A stretch of 37,083 bases of DNA. It comes from Candidatus Micrarchaeota archaeon (GTDB lineage: Archaea > Micrarchaeota > Micrarchaeia > Micrarchaeales > CABMGC01). Both the position numbers and the translations under genes were made by a program. The stretch covers positions 1 through 37,083 of the forward strand of contig DAHVMJ010000007.1 of assembly GCA_027319905.1 (NCBI GenBank), given 5' to 3'. The notes beneath the pieces were generated by a model, which saw nothing but the letters and a program-made list of their open reading frames with translations, searched no databases and was not told where the DNA came from. Position 1 is the first letter of the stretch. The number at the start of each line of letters is the position of its first letter. Positions 1 to 8,163 of the stretch are shown here, piece by piece.

Positions 1-1088
1 AGTGATTCACTTCGGTGAATCTTTTGACAAGTATAGCAAGCTTGTAGAATAAGTGCTGGGTAAGACCGGTGGCAGCCGCCACGGTAATACCGGCGGCACA
101 AGTGGTGTTCACTATTATTGGGCTTAAAGAGTCCGTAGCCGGCTAAAACCGTCTTATGTGAAATGTTGGTGCATAACATCAACGAGTGCATAAGATACCT
201 TTTGGCTAGGGAGCGGAAGAGGTAAGGAGTATTCATGGGGTAAGGGTAAAATCTTATAATCCTATGAAGACTACCGGTGGCGAAGGCGCCTTACCAGAAC
301 GCATCCGACGGTGAGTGACGAAGGCTAGGAGAACGAATCGGATTAGATACCCGAGTAGCCCTAGCAGTAAATTATGCAGACTCTGGTGTTGCGTCTATCA
401 CGAATAGACGCAGTACCGTAGGACAACTGTTAAGTCTGCCGCCTGGGGAGTACGGCCGCAAGGTTGAAACTTAAAGCAATTGGCGGGGGAGCACACAAGG
501 GGTGGATGCTACGGTTCAATTGAATTCAACGTCGGGAAAATCACCTGGAGCGACGGCAGTGTGAAGGTCAGACTAAAGATCTTGCCTGACAAGCCGAGAG
601 GTGCTGCATGGCGATCGTCAGTTCGTGGTGTGAACTCTCAGGTTAAGTCCTGTAACGAACGAGACCCTCATGAACAGTTGCAACCGGAGAAGAGATTCTC
701 CGGGCACTCTGTTTAGACCGCCTTCGTTTAAGGAGGAGGAAGGAGAGGGCGACGGTACGTCAGTATGCCCCGAATCTCCAGGGCTACACGCGGCATACAG
801 AGGCTGCTACAATGGGTTGCAACCCCGAAAGGGGAAGCTAATCCCCCAAAAGCAGTCAAAGTCCGGATTGAGGGCTGAAACTCGCCCTCATGAAGCTGGA
901 ATCCCTAGTAATCGCTTGTCACTATCGAGCGGTGAATGTGTCCCCGCTCCTTGCACACACCGCCTGTCAAGTCACCCAAGCGAGGCTTTAGTGAGGCAGC
1001 GTCTTATGGCGCTTTCGAACTAAAGCTCTGTGAGGGGGGCTAAGTCATAACAAGGTATCCGTAGGGGAACCTGCGGATAGATCACCTC
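1..1088 (+). rRNA. rrs: 16S rRNA gene, 5'-truncated by the window edge (archaeal, divergent DPANN-like)
   Basis: Conserved SSU motifs in the expected order: 515 region at 69-87, ATTAGATACCC at 342-352, AAACTTAAAG at 467-476, GCACACACCGCC at 953-964, AAGTCATAACAAGGTA at 1042-1057, 3' GATCACCTC at 1080-1088. Confidence 0.98.
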
Positions 1089-1160
1089 GGAACTTTATGT
1101 TTCGAATAAGCAGGGCATTTGCTCTCGCAACTAGCATTAATCCTCAAGACTAGATCTCAC

Positions 1161-1170
1161 TTTTTTTCTT
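1161..1170 (+). terminator. Possible archaeal oligo-T terminator of the 16S transcript
   Basis: TTTTTTTCTT about 70 nt after the 16S 3' end; no tRNA or 23S follows. Confidence 0.4.
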
Positions 1171-1246
1171 GCGATCGTATAGCGTGAGCCATGTGCTTAA
1201 TCAGCAAAATCGTTAAATAGAGGTACGATGTAGAAAAAGTGATGCG

Positions 1247-1705
1247 ATGACTGAGAAGGTGCTCTTCGTATGCAGGGAGAACGCAGAGAGGAGCCAGATA
1301 GCCGAAGCGTACTTCAACAAGTTCGCAACAAAAGGAGCCGAGGCCGAAAGCGCCGGCGCCGATGTCACCAGCATAGGCGCTCCTCCAAACGACTGGGTCA
1401 TAGAGTCGCTGAAGAAGGACGGCATAGACGTCTCGATGCGCAAACGGAAACCCCTTACTGAGGAGATGGCGGCGCGCGCGGACATGATAGTTGTGCTCCT
1501 TACGAAGGACGAAGCGGACGAGTTCCTGCCGCATTTCGTGAAGCATTCTTCGAAAACAGTGTTCTGTGACATGACCTTGAAGCTGAGGCACGGCTTCACC
1601 TCAGATGACACGCATCAGGCACTCCTCGAGATGCTCAAAACCAAAGCCAAACGCCTGGCAGATACGCTGAACGACAAAAAGAGCCGACTTAAATCCTTAT
1701 CCTAA
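1247..1705 (+). CDS. Low-molecular-weight phosphatase / ArsC-fold protein
   Basis: N-terminal KVLFVCRENAERSQIAEA (CX5RS P-loop), AESAG, ADMIV. Confidence 0.8.
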   Translation: MTEKVLFVCRENAERSQIAEAYFNKFATKGAEAESAGADVTSIGAPPNDWVIESLKKDGIDVSMRKRKPLTEEMAARADMIVVLLTKDEADEFLPHFVKHSSKTVFCDMTLKLRHGFTSDDTHQALLEMLKTKAKRLADTLNDKKSRLKSLS

Positions 1706-1716
1706 CTAATCCTATC

Positions 1717-2199
1717 ATGCGATTCAAACCGACGCCGGAGCTCTGCTACCTTGCGGGCCTTGCGGGAAGGAGCAACGAGCCGGAGCGCAGCATCGTCGGC
1801 ATACGCACGCAGAACGACGCGATCGAGGAGAGGTTCATCAAGTACCTGCTAGGCCAGGGCGTAGACACAAAGAAGATAATGGTGGTCGAGGACGGCAACT
1901 TCCGTCACATCTACGCTTACCACTCCAAGCTTGCGCGCATGATACGCGAGATACTTGACAAGAGGGCGGAACTGGCCAGGAAGCGCGGCGACCTGGCAGC
2001 GTCCTTCCTCGCCGGGCTCTTCGACGCAAACGGCCACGTGACCGGAAACGTCATCACCATAAGAAAGATAGAGAAGAGCGACGAACTGCTTCTGGAACTG
2101 CTCGGCGTCCACACCGTGAACGCCAAGATATTGAATATACGCTCATTCCTGTCTCTTATCGGAAAAAAGAGCCTTCTCGCTGCTGGAATCAGCCTCTGA
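1717..2199 (+). CDS. Short LAGLIDADG-like protein, first motif degenerate
   Basis: PELCYLAGLAG and SFLAGLFDANG motifs; TTAAAT box about 27 nt upstream. Confidence 0.65.
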   Translation: MRFKPTPELCYLAGLAGRSNEPERSIVGIRTQNDAIEERFIKYLLGQGVDTKKIMVVEDGNFRHIYAYHSKLARMIREILDKRAELARKRGDLAASFLAGLFDANGHVTGNVITIRKIEKSDELLLELLGVHTVNAKILNIRSFLSLIGKKSLLAAGISL

Positions 2200-2536
2200 G
2201 GACTTCTGCGTCAGGCGTAAGCTCAGCAAAGTCAAATATCTTTTTCGCGCCTTCCTTGGATGCAATTCCTGTTCCTCCGCATACAGGGCATTTTATTGCC
2301 TTGTCCCTCTCTATCGCGTTGAATATCCCCTTAAGCGCTGTCTCTTTCTCTGCCTCTGTTCCTCTGGTTAACGCGGGCATGCTGAAATACGAGATTGCAA
2401 CCTTCTCGGCAACCTTTTTTGTGCCATCGCACATTGGGCAGACACTGGTAGTCTCGTCAAGCTTGGTCTTCGGCGCCCACAGAGCATTATCGCCCTCTCC
2501 AGGCTTTGACTTCAGCAAAACAGATGTGTTTCCCAT
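2189..2536 (-). CDS. Hypothetical protein with two CxxCxG zinc-knuckle motifs (DnaJ-type)
   Basis: CPMCDGT and CPVCGGTG; ATG at 2536 follows an AT-rich intergenic stretch. Confidence 0.55.
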   Translation of the reverse strand: MGNTSVLLKSKPGEGDNALWAPKTKLDETTSVCPMCDGTKKVAEKVAISYFSMPALTRGTEAEKETALKGIFNAIERDKAIKCPVCGGTGIASKEGAKKIFDFAELTPDAEVLRG

Positions 2537-2652
2537 GATGTTAGTTTGCGTTTTCCTGTATTTAATTATTTGTGATAAAAACCTCAAGCACATCATTGTG
2601 CGGACACGAAGAGCATTTAAACCTTCACCAAATAGTTATCAGCAGTGTTTTG

Positions 2653-3006
2653 ATGCTTGCGGGGGTGCGGCGCATATACGACAAGAGGGAGCTGACCGAC
2701 GGGAAGCGCATCCTGGTAGACAGGCTCTGGCCCAGGGGCGTGAAGAAGAGCACGCAGAACTTAGATGACTGGTTCAAGGACGTGGCGCCCAGCGACGACC
2801 TCAGGAAATGGTTCGATCACGACCCAGGCAAGTGGGAGGAGTTCAAGAAGAAGTACAGGGAGGAGCTCGTCGGGAACAGGAAGTTCGAAGAGCTTGTAAA
2901 GCTGGCGGGAGAGAGCGACGTAACGCTCGTCTACGCGTCCAAGGATACGGAGCACAACAACGCCGTGGCTCTGGCCGAGTTTGTCAGAGAACGCCTCGCT
3001 TCTTAG
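2653..3006 (+). CDS. DUF488 (YeaO-like) family protein
   Basis: RRIYD...RILVDRLWPRGVKK, WFKDVAPSDDLRKWF, HNNAVAL; ATG at 2653. Confidence 0.9.
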   Translation: MLAGVRRIYDKRELTDGKRILVDRLWPRGVKKSTQNLDDWFKDVAPSDDLRKWFDHDPGKWEEFKKKYREELVGNRKFEELVKLAGESDVTLVYASKDTEHNNAVALAEFVRERLAS

Positions 3007-3566
3007 AATTCGACTTTCTTTACCTCCACTTTCGCTACAGGCGCAACTGTTCCCACTTTCTTAGTTGCCTCTGCCTGGAGGTCGTTTGCTATTATGGCCT
3101 TGATGAACTCGTCTCGTCCCATCTTGCCCACGTACTCGTTCACAAACGCGCGCACAGCTTCGCGTATCGCGCTCTTCACGCGCTTCGCGACCTTGATCCT
3201 TGTGGTGACGAGCAACTTTACCGTTATCGGCTTGCCTTCGCTGTCCCTTGCAACATCATGTGTATAAACCGCATCTGCGCGCCTCTTCACCAGTGAGTGT
3301 AGGTAGCTGTACTGCTGCGCAAGGTAATTGACCTCGGTGTTTGCCACGTTACCGTTGGCTCCGGTAATCTTCAGTCCGACGGTGGCGAAGGCGTGGTTTG
3401 GGTTGTGGGTTATCCAGTTGAGGCTGACCTTCATTATCCTGCCGGTCACGCTCTTGTCGTCGGCTGCGGGTATGCTGCCTATGACGTCTGTGGAGATGGC
3501 CTTCGGCGCGTAGACGTCGAACCACTGCTTCATCTTCCACTTTTCTGCTCCCTTCTGAGTTGCCAT
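3003..3566 (-). CDS. rps3ae: 30S ribosomal protein S3Ae (eS1)
   Basis: KWKMKQWFDVYAP, SLVKRR, VAKVEVKKVE; adjacent to uS15 as in many archaea. Confidence 0.93.
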   Translation of the reverse strand: MATQKGAEKWKMKQWFDVYAPKAISTDVIGSIPAADDKSVTGRIMKVSLNWITHNPNHAFATVGLKITGANGNVANTEVNYLAQQYSYLHSLVKRRADAVYTHDVARDSEGKPITVKLLVTTRIKVAKRVKSAIREAVRAFVNEYVGKMGRDEFIKAIIANDLQAEATKKVGTVAPVAKVEVKKVEF

Positions 3567-3576
3567 CTAACCTACC

Positions 3577-4032
3577 TTATGCCTCTTTTATCCTGAGCGC
3601 GGCCTGCTCAGGGTCGTACTTCCATTCTGCGGGCAGCTTGCCCGAGCTTCTGTAGTACTTGCCCAGCCTCCATATCTTGGACTCGACGCGCTGCAGCCTT
3701 GTCGTGTTGTAAACATCCTTGTGATTAGACGATAGGTGCTTCCTCATCTTCACCGCCTTCGTCATCAGATCCAGCAGGTCCGCAGGTATGTCGCTCTTGA
3801 AACCCTTCTCCTCCATCAGTACAGTGAGCCTTTTGCCCAGCACCGGCTTCAGGTATCCTGCCTTCTTCTCGTCCTTGAGCTTCTGGCCTATGATGGTTGC
3901 CTTCATGCCCTGCTTCGCGTAAGTGGCCACTATCTCCTCTATCTCCTTCTTGTCGGCTTCGGCCTTTGCTACGCTATCCAGGGGCTTCCTGGACTTCGAC
4001 CTGCCGTGTTTTCTAGTATGCAATCTAGCCAT
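3577..4032 (-). CDS. rps15: 30S ribosomal protein S15 (uS15)
   Basis: MARLHTRKHGRSKS, RKHLSSNHKD, ESKIWRLGKYY, LPAEWKYDP; true start is the ATG at 4032. Confidence 0.96.
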   Translation of the reverse strand: MARLHTRKHGRSKSRKPLDSVAKAEADKKEIEEIVATYAKQGMKATIIGQKLKDEKKAGYLKPVLGKRLTVLMEEKGFKSDIPADLLDLMTKAVKMRKHLSSNHKDVYNTTRLQRVESKIWRLGKYYRSSGKLPAEWKYDPEQAALRIKEA

Positions 4033-4207
4033 AGGGTTCACTGAAAGCAAGAAAAGCAGATTAATATCGGCAAGAACATTTATAACCATTTTTGTGCCTT
4101 GGTATACCTTCTGCGTCTCAACTGAGGGTAAAATGGCACGCCAACGCCCCTGATCGTCTGCATTTCATACATACGGTTCTCGCTGTCTCTTAGACGACAA
4201 TCTGCCG

Positions 4208-4265
4208 AAACATTTAAATATCTATTTGTATACTATCTTACTGCTAGTTTTAGTAAACATTTAAA
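4208..4265 (+). promoter_or_regulatory. Two tandem copies of AAACATTTAAA (BRE/TATA-like) upstream of tfb
   Basis: Exact 11-bp repeat at 4208-4218 and 4255-4265. Confidence 0.5.
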
Positions 4266-4306
4266 AGATTTTTCTTATCCAAACTGCAAAACCCGATGGT
4301 GAGAAA

Positions 4307-5416
4307 TTGGCAAAATCTGCTAAGAAGAGTTCAAAAGGTGCAAACATGAGAAAAACGACTGCAAAGAGCGTGACTAGAAAGGTGGCGTCAAGACCAGCAC
4401 AGAAAGGTTCAAACAGCGCAGAATCTGCTGCCGAAGTCTCGCAGGACTTCGTCAAGACGCTTCCTGGAATGGGCATAGCGCACGGCGAGGAGGGACCGAA
4501 GGTAGTTGAGGGAGTGAAGCACTGCCCCAGCTGCGGAAGCGGTGACATAATATTCGACGGCGAGCGTGGAGAATACGTTTGCAACAACTGCGGCCTGGTA
4601 ATAGAGGAGAACGTTACGGACGTCGGCCCTGAATGGAGGGCATTCGACGCTGACCAGAGAAATGCGAGGGCCAGGACCGGAGCGCCAATCAAGTACATGA
4701 AGCCCAACAAGGGCCTCGTGACAGAGATAGACATGTACAACAAGGACATACGAGGAGCGAAGCTGCCTAGCAAGAGGCAGGCTCAGCTCTACAGGATCAG
4801 GAAGTGGCACAAGAGGGCAAGCATTGCGAGCTCGAGCGAGAGGAACTACCTTGTGGCCCTGCCGGAACTGAACAGGGTCGCGAGCTATCTCGGGCTGCCT
4901 GACAACATAAGGGAGAGCGCTGCTCTGCTATACAGGCAATGCGTCAAGAACAACCTCATAAGAGGCAGGCCTATCGAGACTGTGGTGAACGCGGCGCTGT
5001 ACGCCACGTGCAGACAGTCAGGAATGCCTAGAACGCTAGACGAGATATCGCAGATATCCGGAGTGCCTAAAAAAGAGATAGGCAGAACCTACAGGGTTAT
5101 AGCCCACGAGCTAAATCTTAGGATACCGCTGACGGACCCAGTGGCATACGTGCCCAGGTACGTCGCCGCATTGAAGCTCAGCGGAGAGGCCCAGGAGAAG
5201 TCGGTACAGCTCCTTAGGCAGGCCATGAAGAAGGGACTTGTCAGTGGGAGGAGCCCCACAGGAGTTTCTGCCGCCGCAGTCTACATTGCCAGCGCACTCG
5301 TAGGAGAGCGCAGGACACAGAAGGAGGTCGCGGAAGTGGCTGGAGTCACGGAAGTGACGATAAGGAATAGGTACAGGGAGCTCAAGAAGGAGCTGAACAT
5401 AGACGTGAATCTGTAG
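4307..5416 (+). CDS. tfb: Transcription initiation factor IIB (TFB) with long N-terminal extension
   Basis: Zn ribbon CPSC...CNNC, B-reader GPEWRAF, two cyclin repeats (RGRPIE, RTQKEVAEVAGVTEVTIRNRY); GGTGA at 4298-4302 supports the TTG start. Confidence 0.97.
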   Translation: MAKSAKKSSKGANMRKTTAKSVTRKVASRPAQKGSNSAESAAEVSQDFVKTLPGMGIAHGEEGPKVVEGVKHCPSCGSGDIIFDGERGEYVCNNCGLVIEENVTDVGPEWRAFDADQRNARARTGAPIKYMKPNKGLVTEIDMYNKDIRGAKLPSKRQAQLYRIRKWHKRASIASSSERNYLVALPELNRVASYLGLPDNIRESAALLYRQCVKNNLIRGRPIETVVNAALYATCRQSGMPRTLDEISQISGVPKKEIGRTYRVIAHELNLRIPLTDPVAYVPRYVAALKLSGEAQEKSVQLLRQAMKKGLVSGRSPTGVSAAAVYIASALVGERRTQKEVAEVAGVTEVTIRNRYRELKKELNIDVNL

Positions 5417-5417
5417 C

Positions 5418-5822
5418 ATGTCCCGCCCTCTGGCAGCATTTATCGTTTCGCTCTCTTTAGCGATTGCGCTGGCCGGAGCGCAAACGCAGATAAACAATCC
5501 TACTGTTGCGTACGCGAACCAGACGGTGAGCAACTCCGCCTACTACCTATCGCAGGTCAACGAGAGCGGCTACCTGGTCTTCTACCCGAACCTCACGCAA
5601 GCGTATTCGGACCTCTTCAAGGCCGAGAGCACGTACAACACGTCGCCCTCCACCGCGGTGATCTTCGCCAACAAGGCCGTGGACGAGGCCAATACAGAGT
5701 ACCAGAGGATAAGCGCGTATAGGCCGGAGGCTGTGGTAGTAATGGCCGCGTTCACCGTCTTCTTTGTACTGCTTCTGGGCAGAGCCGCAAGACCCGTAAA
5801 GAAACCCAGAGCCTCAAAATAA
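5418..5822 (+). CDS. Hypothetical exported protein with C-terminal membrane anchor
   Basis: Signal-like N-terminus, NxS/T sequons, C-terminal hydrophobic helix plus basic tail; starts 1 nt after the tfb stop. Confidence 0.7.
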   Translation: MSRPLAAFIVSLSLAIALAGAQTQINNPTVAYANQTVSNSAYYLSQVNESGYLVFYPNLTQAYSDLFKAESTYNTSPSTAVIFANKAVDEANTEYQRISAYRPEAVVVMAAFTVFFVLLLGRAARPVKKPRASK

Positions 5823-5893
5823 CAAGCACCATTGCTCATTCTGTAGATTTTACCTACCTTTAAATATGCCGGAATGCATAACTCTTCTGTGTT

Positions 5894-6274
5894 ATGATGG
5901 ACTACAAAACGCGTAAGATGCAATTTGAGACTGACGAAAGCAAAAGGATAAAGGAACTTGCAGCCGAATGGCTTGCCAAGAACAAGATTATAGAAGATAC
6001 GCCCGAGTCCAGAAGAATTTTCCTCTCAACAACAACCTACGATGGAGTACTGGTAACCGCAGACCATGTAGAAAAACACATTGTTAAAGTGGCTGATAAC
6101 ACGCCATTTGTAAAGTACATAGTGGGATTGGAGTACACCCTTTCAAGCTCAAACCCAAAAATGACCATGGAAGAAGCTGCCAAGGAGATTGACCGCCAGC
6201 GCTCTCTCATGATTCAATACGCCTTTGCCTCCGCAAGCGAAGAAAGGAAGAATGAGATACTACTTTCAAGGTGA
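5894..6274 (+). CDS. Hypothetical protein
   Basis: 126-aa ORF with globular composition, preceded by TTTAAATA at 5860-5867. Confidence 0.65.
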   Translation: MMDYKTRKMQFETDESKRIKELAAEWLAKNKIIEDTPESRRIFLSTTTYDGVLVTADHVEKHIVKVADNTPFVKYIVGLEYTLSSSNPKMTMEEAAKEIDRQRSLMIQYAFASASEERKNEILLSR

Positions 6275-6309
6275 CTATTCTTCTTACTCTCAACTTAAGC
6301 AGACGAGAA

Positions 6310-6445
6310 TGAGGAAGAAACCCGTGCCGCGTATCGGGTGTGTGCTTCGCGTGCTACGCATAGGCGCCAGCGATTCAGATTTGACAAGCCAGGATCGCTG
6401 CCGATGCGTCTAAGCATGCGCTCCGGTTCTCCTGCGATGCGCAGT
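6310..6445. ncRNA. Candidate structured non-coding RNA
   Basis: Long interrupted hairpin at 6348-6420 (CGCGTGCT/AGCATGCG, ACGCAT/ATGCGT, CAGCGATTC/GGATCGCTG) plus flanking small hairpins in an intergenic gap. Confidence 0.3.
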
Positions 6446-6534
6446 GCTGACGCTCGGAAGGCTTAAAAGTGTGAACGCTTATTCTTCCGTATGGAAACCT
6501 GGGAAGTGGCAACGGGGCGCGCGAGAGGAGAAAG

Positions 6535-7800
6535 ATGATAGACACAACGCTGGCGTTCACCCTCATCGCTGGAATAGTATTCTTCGGTTTCGGGGCCGAG
6601 ATATTTTTCAGGAAGACGGGCATACCCCATTTTCTTTTCCTAATACTCATAGGCATACTGATAGGCCCTGTACTGGGCCTTATCTCCAGGAACTCCTTTG
6701 TACCGCTGCTTGGCTTGTTTTCCACGTTTACGCTGATGATGGTCCTTTTTTATAACGGCATGCAGATGCAGTTCCGCGAGATACTCAGCAGCAGCGCCAG
6801 GTCCCTGGTCCAGGTGGCAATATACGTCTTGGTCAGCGTCATCGCGATAGCAGCTGTGGCGCACATCGTGCTTGGCTGGGATATCATCGAATCGCTCATA
6901 TTCGGTTCGATAATAGGGGGAGAAACAACGGTTCCGATAATGATGCGAGTCCCGAAGGTGCTGAACCAAGACGACAATATTGTGGCCTTTCTAGGCATCG
7001 AGGCCGTCATGAACTCCATACTCCTAGTCATATTGTTCTTTGTCTTCCTTGGCATATACCAGACTGGTTCGGCGAGTCTCTCTGGCGCCTTTTCGACTCT
7101 CGCCGCCAACATCTCTGTAGGGGTGATATTCGGGGTTGTCTTGTCCATGGCCTGGGTGCTCTCGCTCAACTACCTGAAGGACTACCGTTACATCTATGTG
7201 TTTACACTGGGCCTGATCCTCACCACGTACGTCCTTGCGCAGGCTAGCGGCGGTAGTGGAATAATGGCCGTTCTGCTGTTCGGCATAATGCTCGGCAACT
7301 ACAAGGGCGTTGGCTCTTTCCTGCATCGTGAACTCAAGATAAGCGGCTTGGAAAGCCAGCTCAGGAACTTCCAGGGCGAGATGTCGTTCCTTCTTGAGAC
7401 GTTCTTTTTCGTCTTTCTGGGCATGACCTTCCTGATCGTGCCCGCCGCGGCCGTGGGAAATTTTCTCGTAGGCGCGCTCTTCGTTGCAGTTCTGCTGGCC
7501 GTCAGATACCTTGCCGTTAACGTTTCCACGCACGGATCCACCCTCTACAAGAGCAGGACGCTCATAACGCTTATGTGCGCCCAAGGCCTCACCCCAGCAA
7601 TACTTGCTGTCGTTACGCTGACAGACCGGCTTCCTCTCTCGAATGAATTCGTGAATATAGTGGTTTTTGTGATACTCCTGACCAACATAATAACCGCTGT
7701 AGGCTCGTACGCTACCATGCGTTCGAACAAGAAGGGCGAAAAAGAGAAGGTCTCTACCACGACGAAGAGGAAGCAGGCAGACGGAGCTGTCACAGTCTGA
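6535..7800 (+). CDS. Cation:proton antiporter, CPA1/NhaP type
   Basis: About 12-13 hydrophobic segments; TGIPHFLFLILIGILIGP, EMSFLLETFFFVFLG, AQGLTPAILA. Confidence 0.88.
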   Translation: MIDTTLAFTLIAGIVFFGFGAEIFFRKTGIPHFLFLILIGILIGPVLGLISRNSFVPLLGLFSTFTLMMVLFYNGMQMQFREILSSSARSLVQVAIYVLVSVIAIAAVAHIVLGWDIIESLIFGSIIGGETTVPIMMRVPKVLNQDDNIVAFLGIEAVMNSILLVILFFVFLGIYQTGSASLSGAFSTLAANISVGVIFGVVLSMAWVLSLNYLKDYRYIYVFTLGLILTTYVLAQASGGSGIMAVLLFGIMLGNYKGVGSFLHRELKISGLESQLRNFQGEMSFLLETFFFVFLGMTFLIVPAAAVGNFLVGALFVAVLLAVRYLAVNVSTHGSTLYKSRTLITLMCAQGLTPAILAVVTLTDRLPLSNEFVNIVVFVILLTNIITAVGSYATMRSNKKGEKEKVSTTTKRKQADGAVTV

Positions 7801-8125
7801 ACACGCTGCTGCCTGTTCTTACAGGCACCTCTGTCTTTATCCCGACGTCATCCCCTGCCGATGCCTCATCCACGTTCTTCCTGTTTATCTGCATGCTCGA
7901 GACGCGTTGCCTCAATGTGTAGTCCTCGTTCTCTATCTCTATCGTGTCGCCCACGGCAAGCCTGCCGCTCAGCCTTATCGCTGCGACGTCTACGCGATCA
8001 AAGTAGCTTTTCACCTCGCCTATCTGGACCCTGCCAATTGCTACACGGCTTGACGCTCCCTCCCCCTTCTTCGCCTCCATTGCGTCAAGAACGTCCAACA
8101 CGCTGTCAAGATCTTCTAACGTCAT
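7790..8125 (-). CDS. Translation elongation factor-like beta-barrel protein (EF-Tu domain II / U32 C-terminal-like)
   Basis: IGEVKSYFDRVDVAAIRL, LAVGDTI, QRVSSMQI, ASAGDDVGIK. Confidence 0.75.
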   Translation of the reverse strand: MTLEDLDSVLDVLDAMEAKKGEGASSRVAIGRVQIGEVKSYFDRVDVAAIRLSGRLAVGDTIEIENEDYTLRQRVSSMQINRKNVDEASAGDDVGIKTEVPVRTGSSVFRL

Positions 8126-8163
8126 CGTGCGACTTGGGCAGCGTATCTATAATAAGCTTTAGA

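Noticed and set aside
480..1023. ORFs 480-716 and 670-1023
   Set aside because: They lie entirely inside the 16S rRNA gene
1..1088. Possible intron in the 16S associated with the nearby LAGLIDADG gene
   Set aside because: Spacing of conserved motifs is normal and the LAGLIDADG ORF is about 630 nt outside the rRNA
4080..4172. 30-aa minus-strand ORF (MYEMQTIRGVGVPFYPQLRRRRYTKAQKWL) and a weak hairpin at 4094-4139
   Set aside because: Too short and unrecognised; it sits in a divergent promoter region with no independent support
6310..6470. RNase P, SRP or fluoride riboswitch identity for the structured region
   Set aside because: GAGGAAG resembles the RNase P start, but the P4 pairing, SRP helix 8 and crcB consensus are absent
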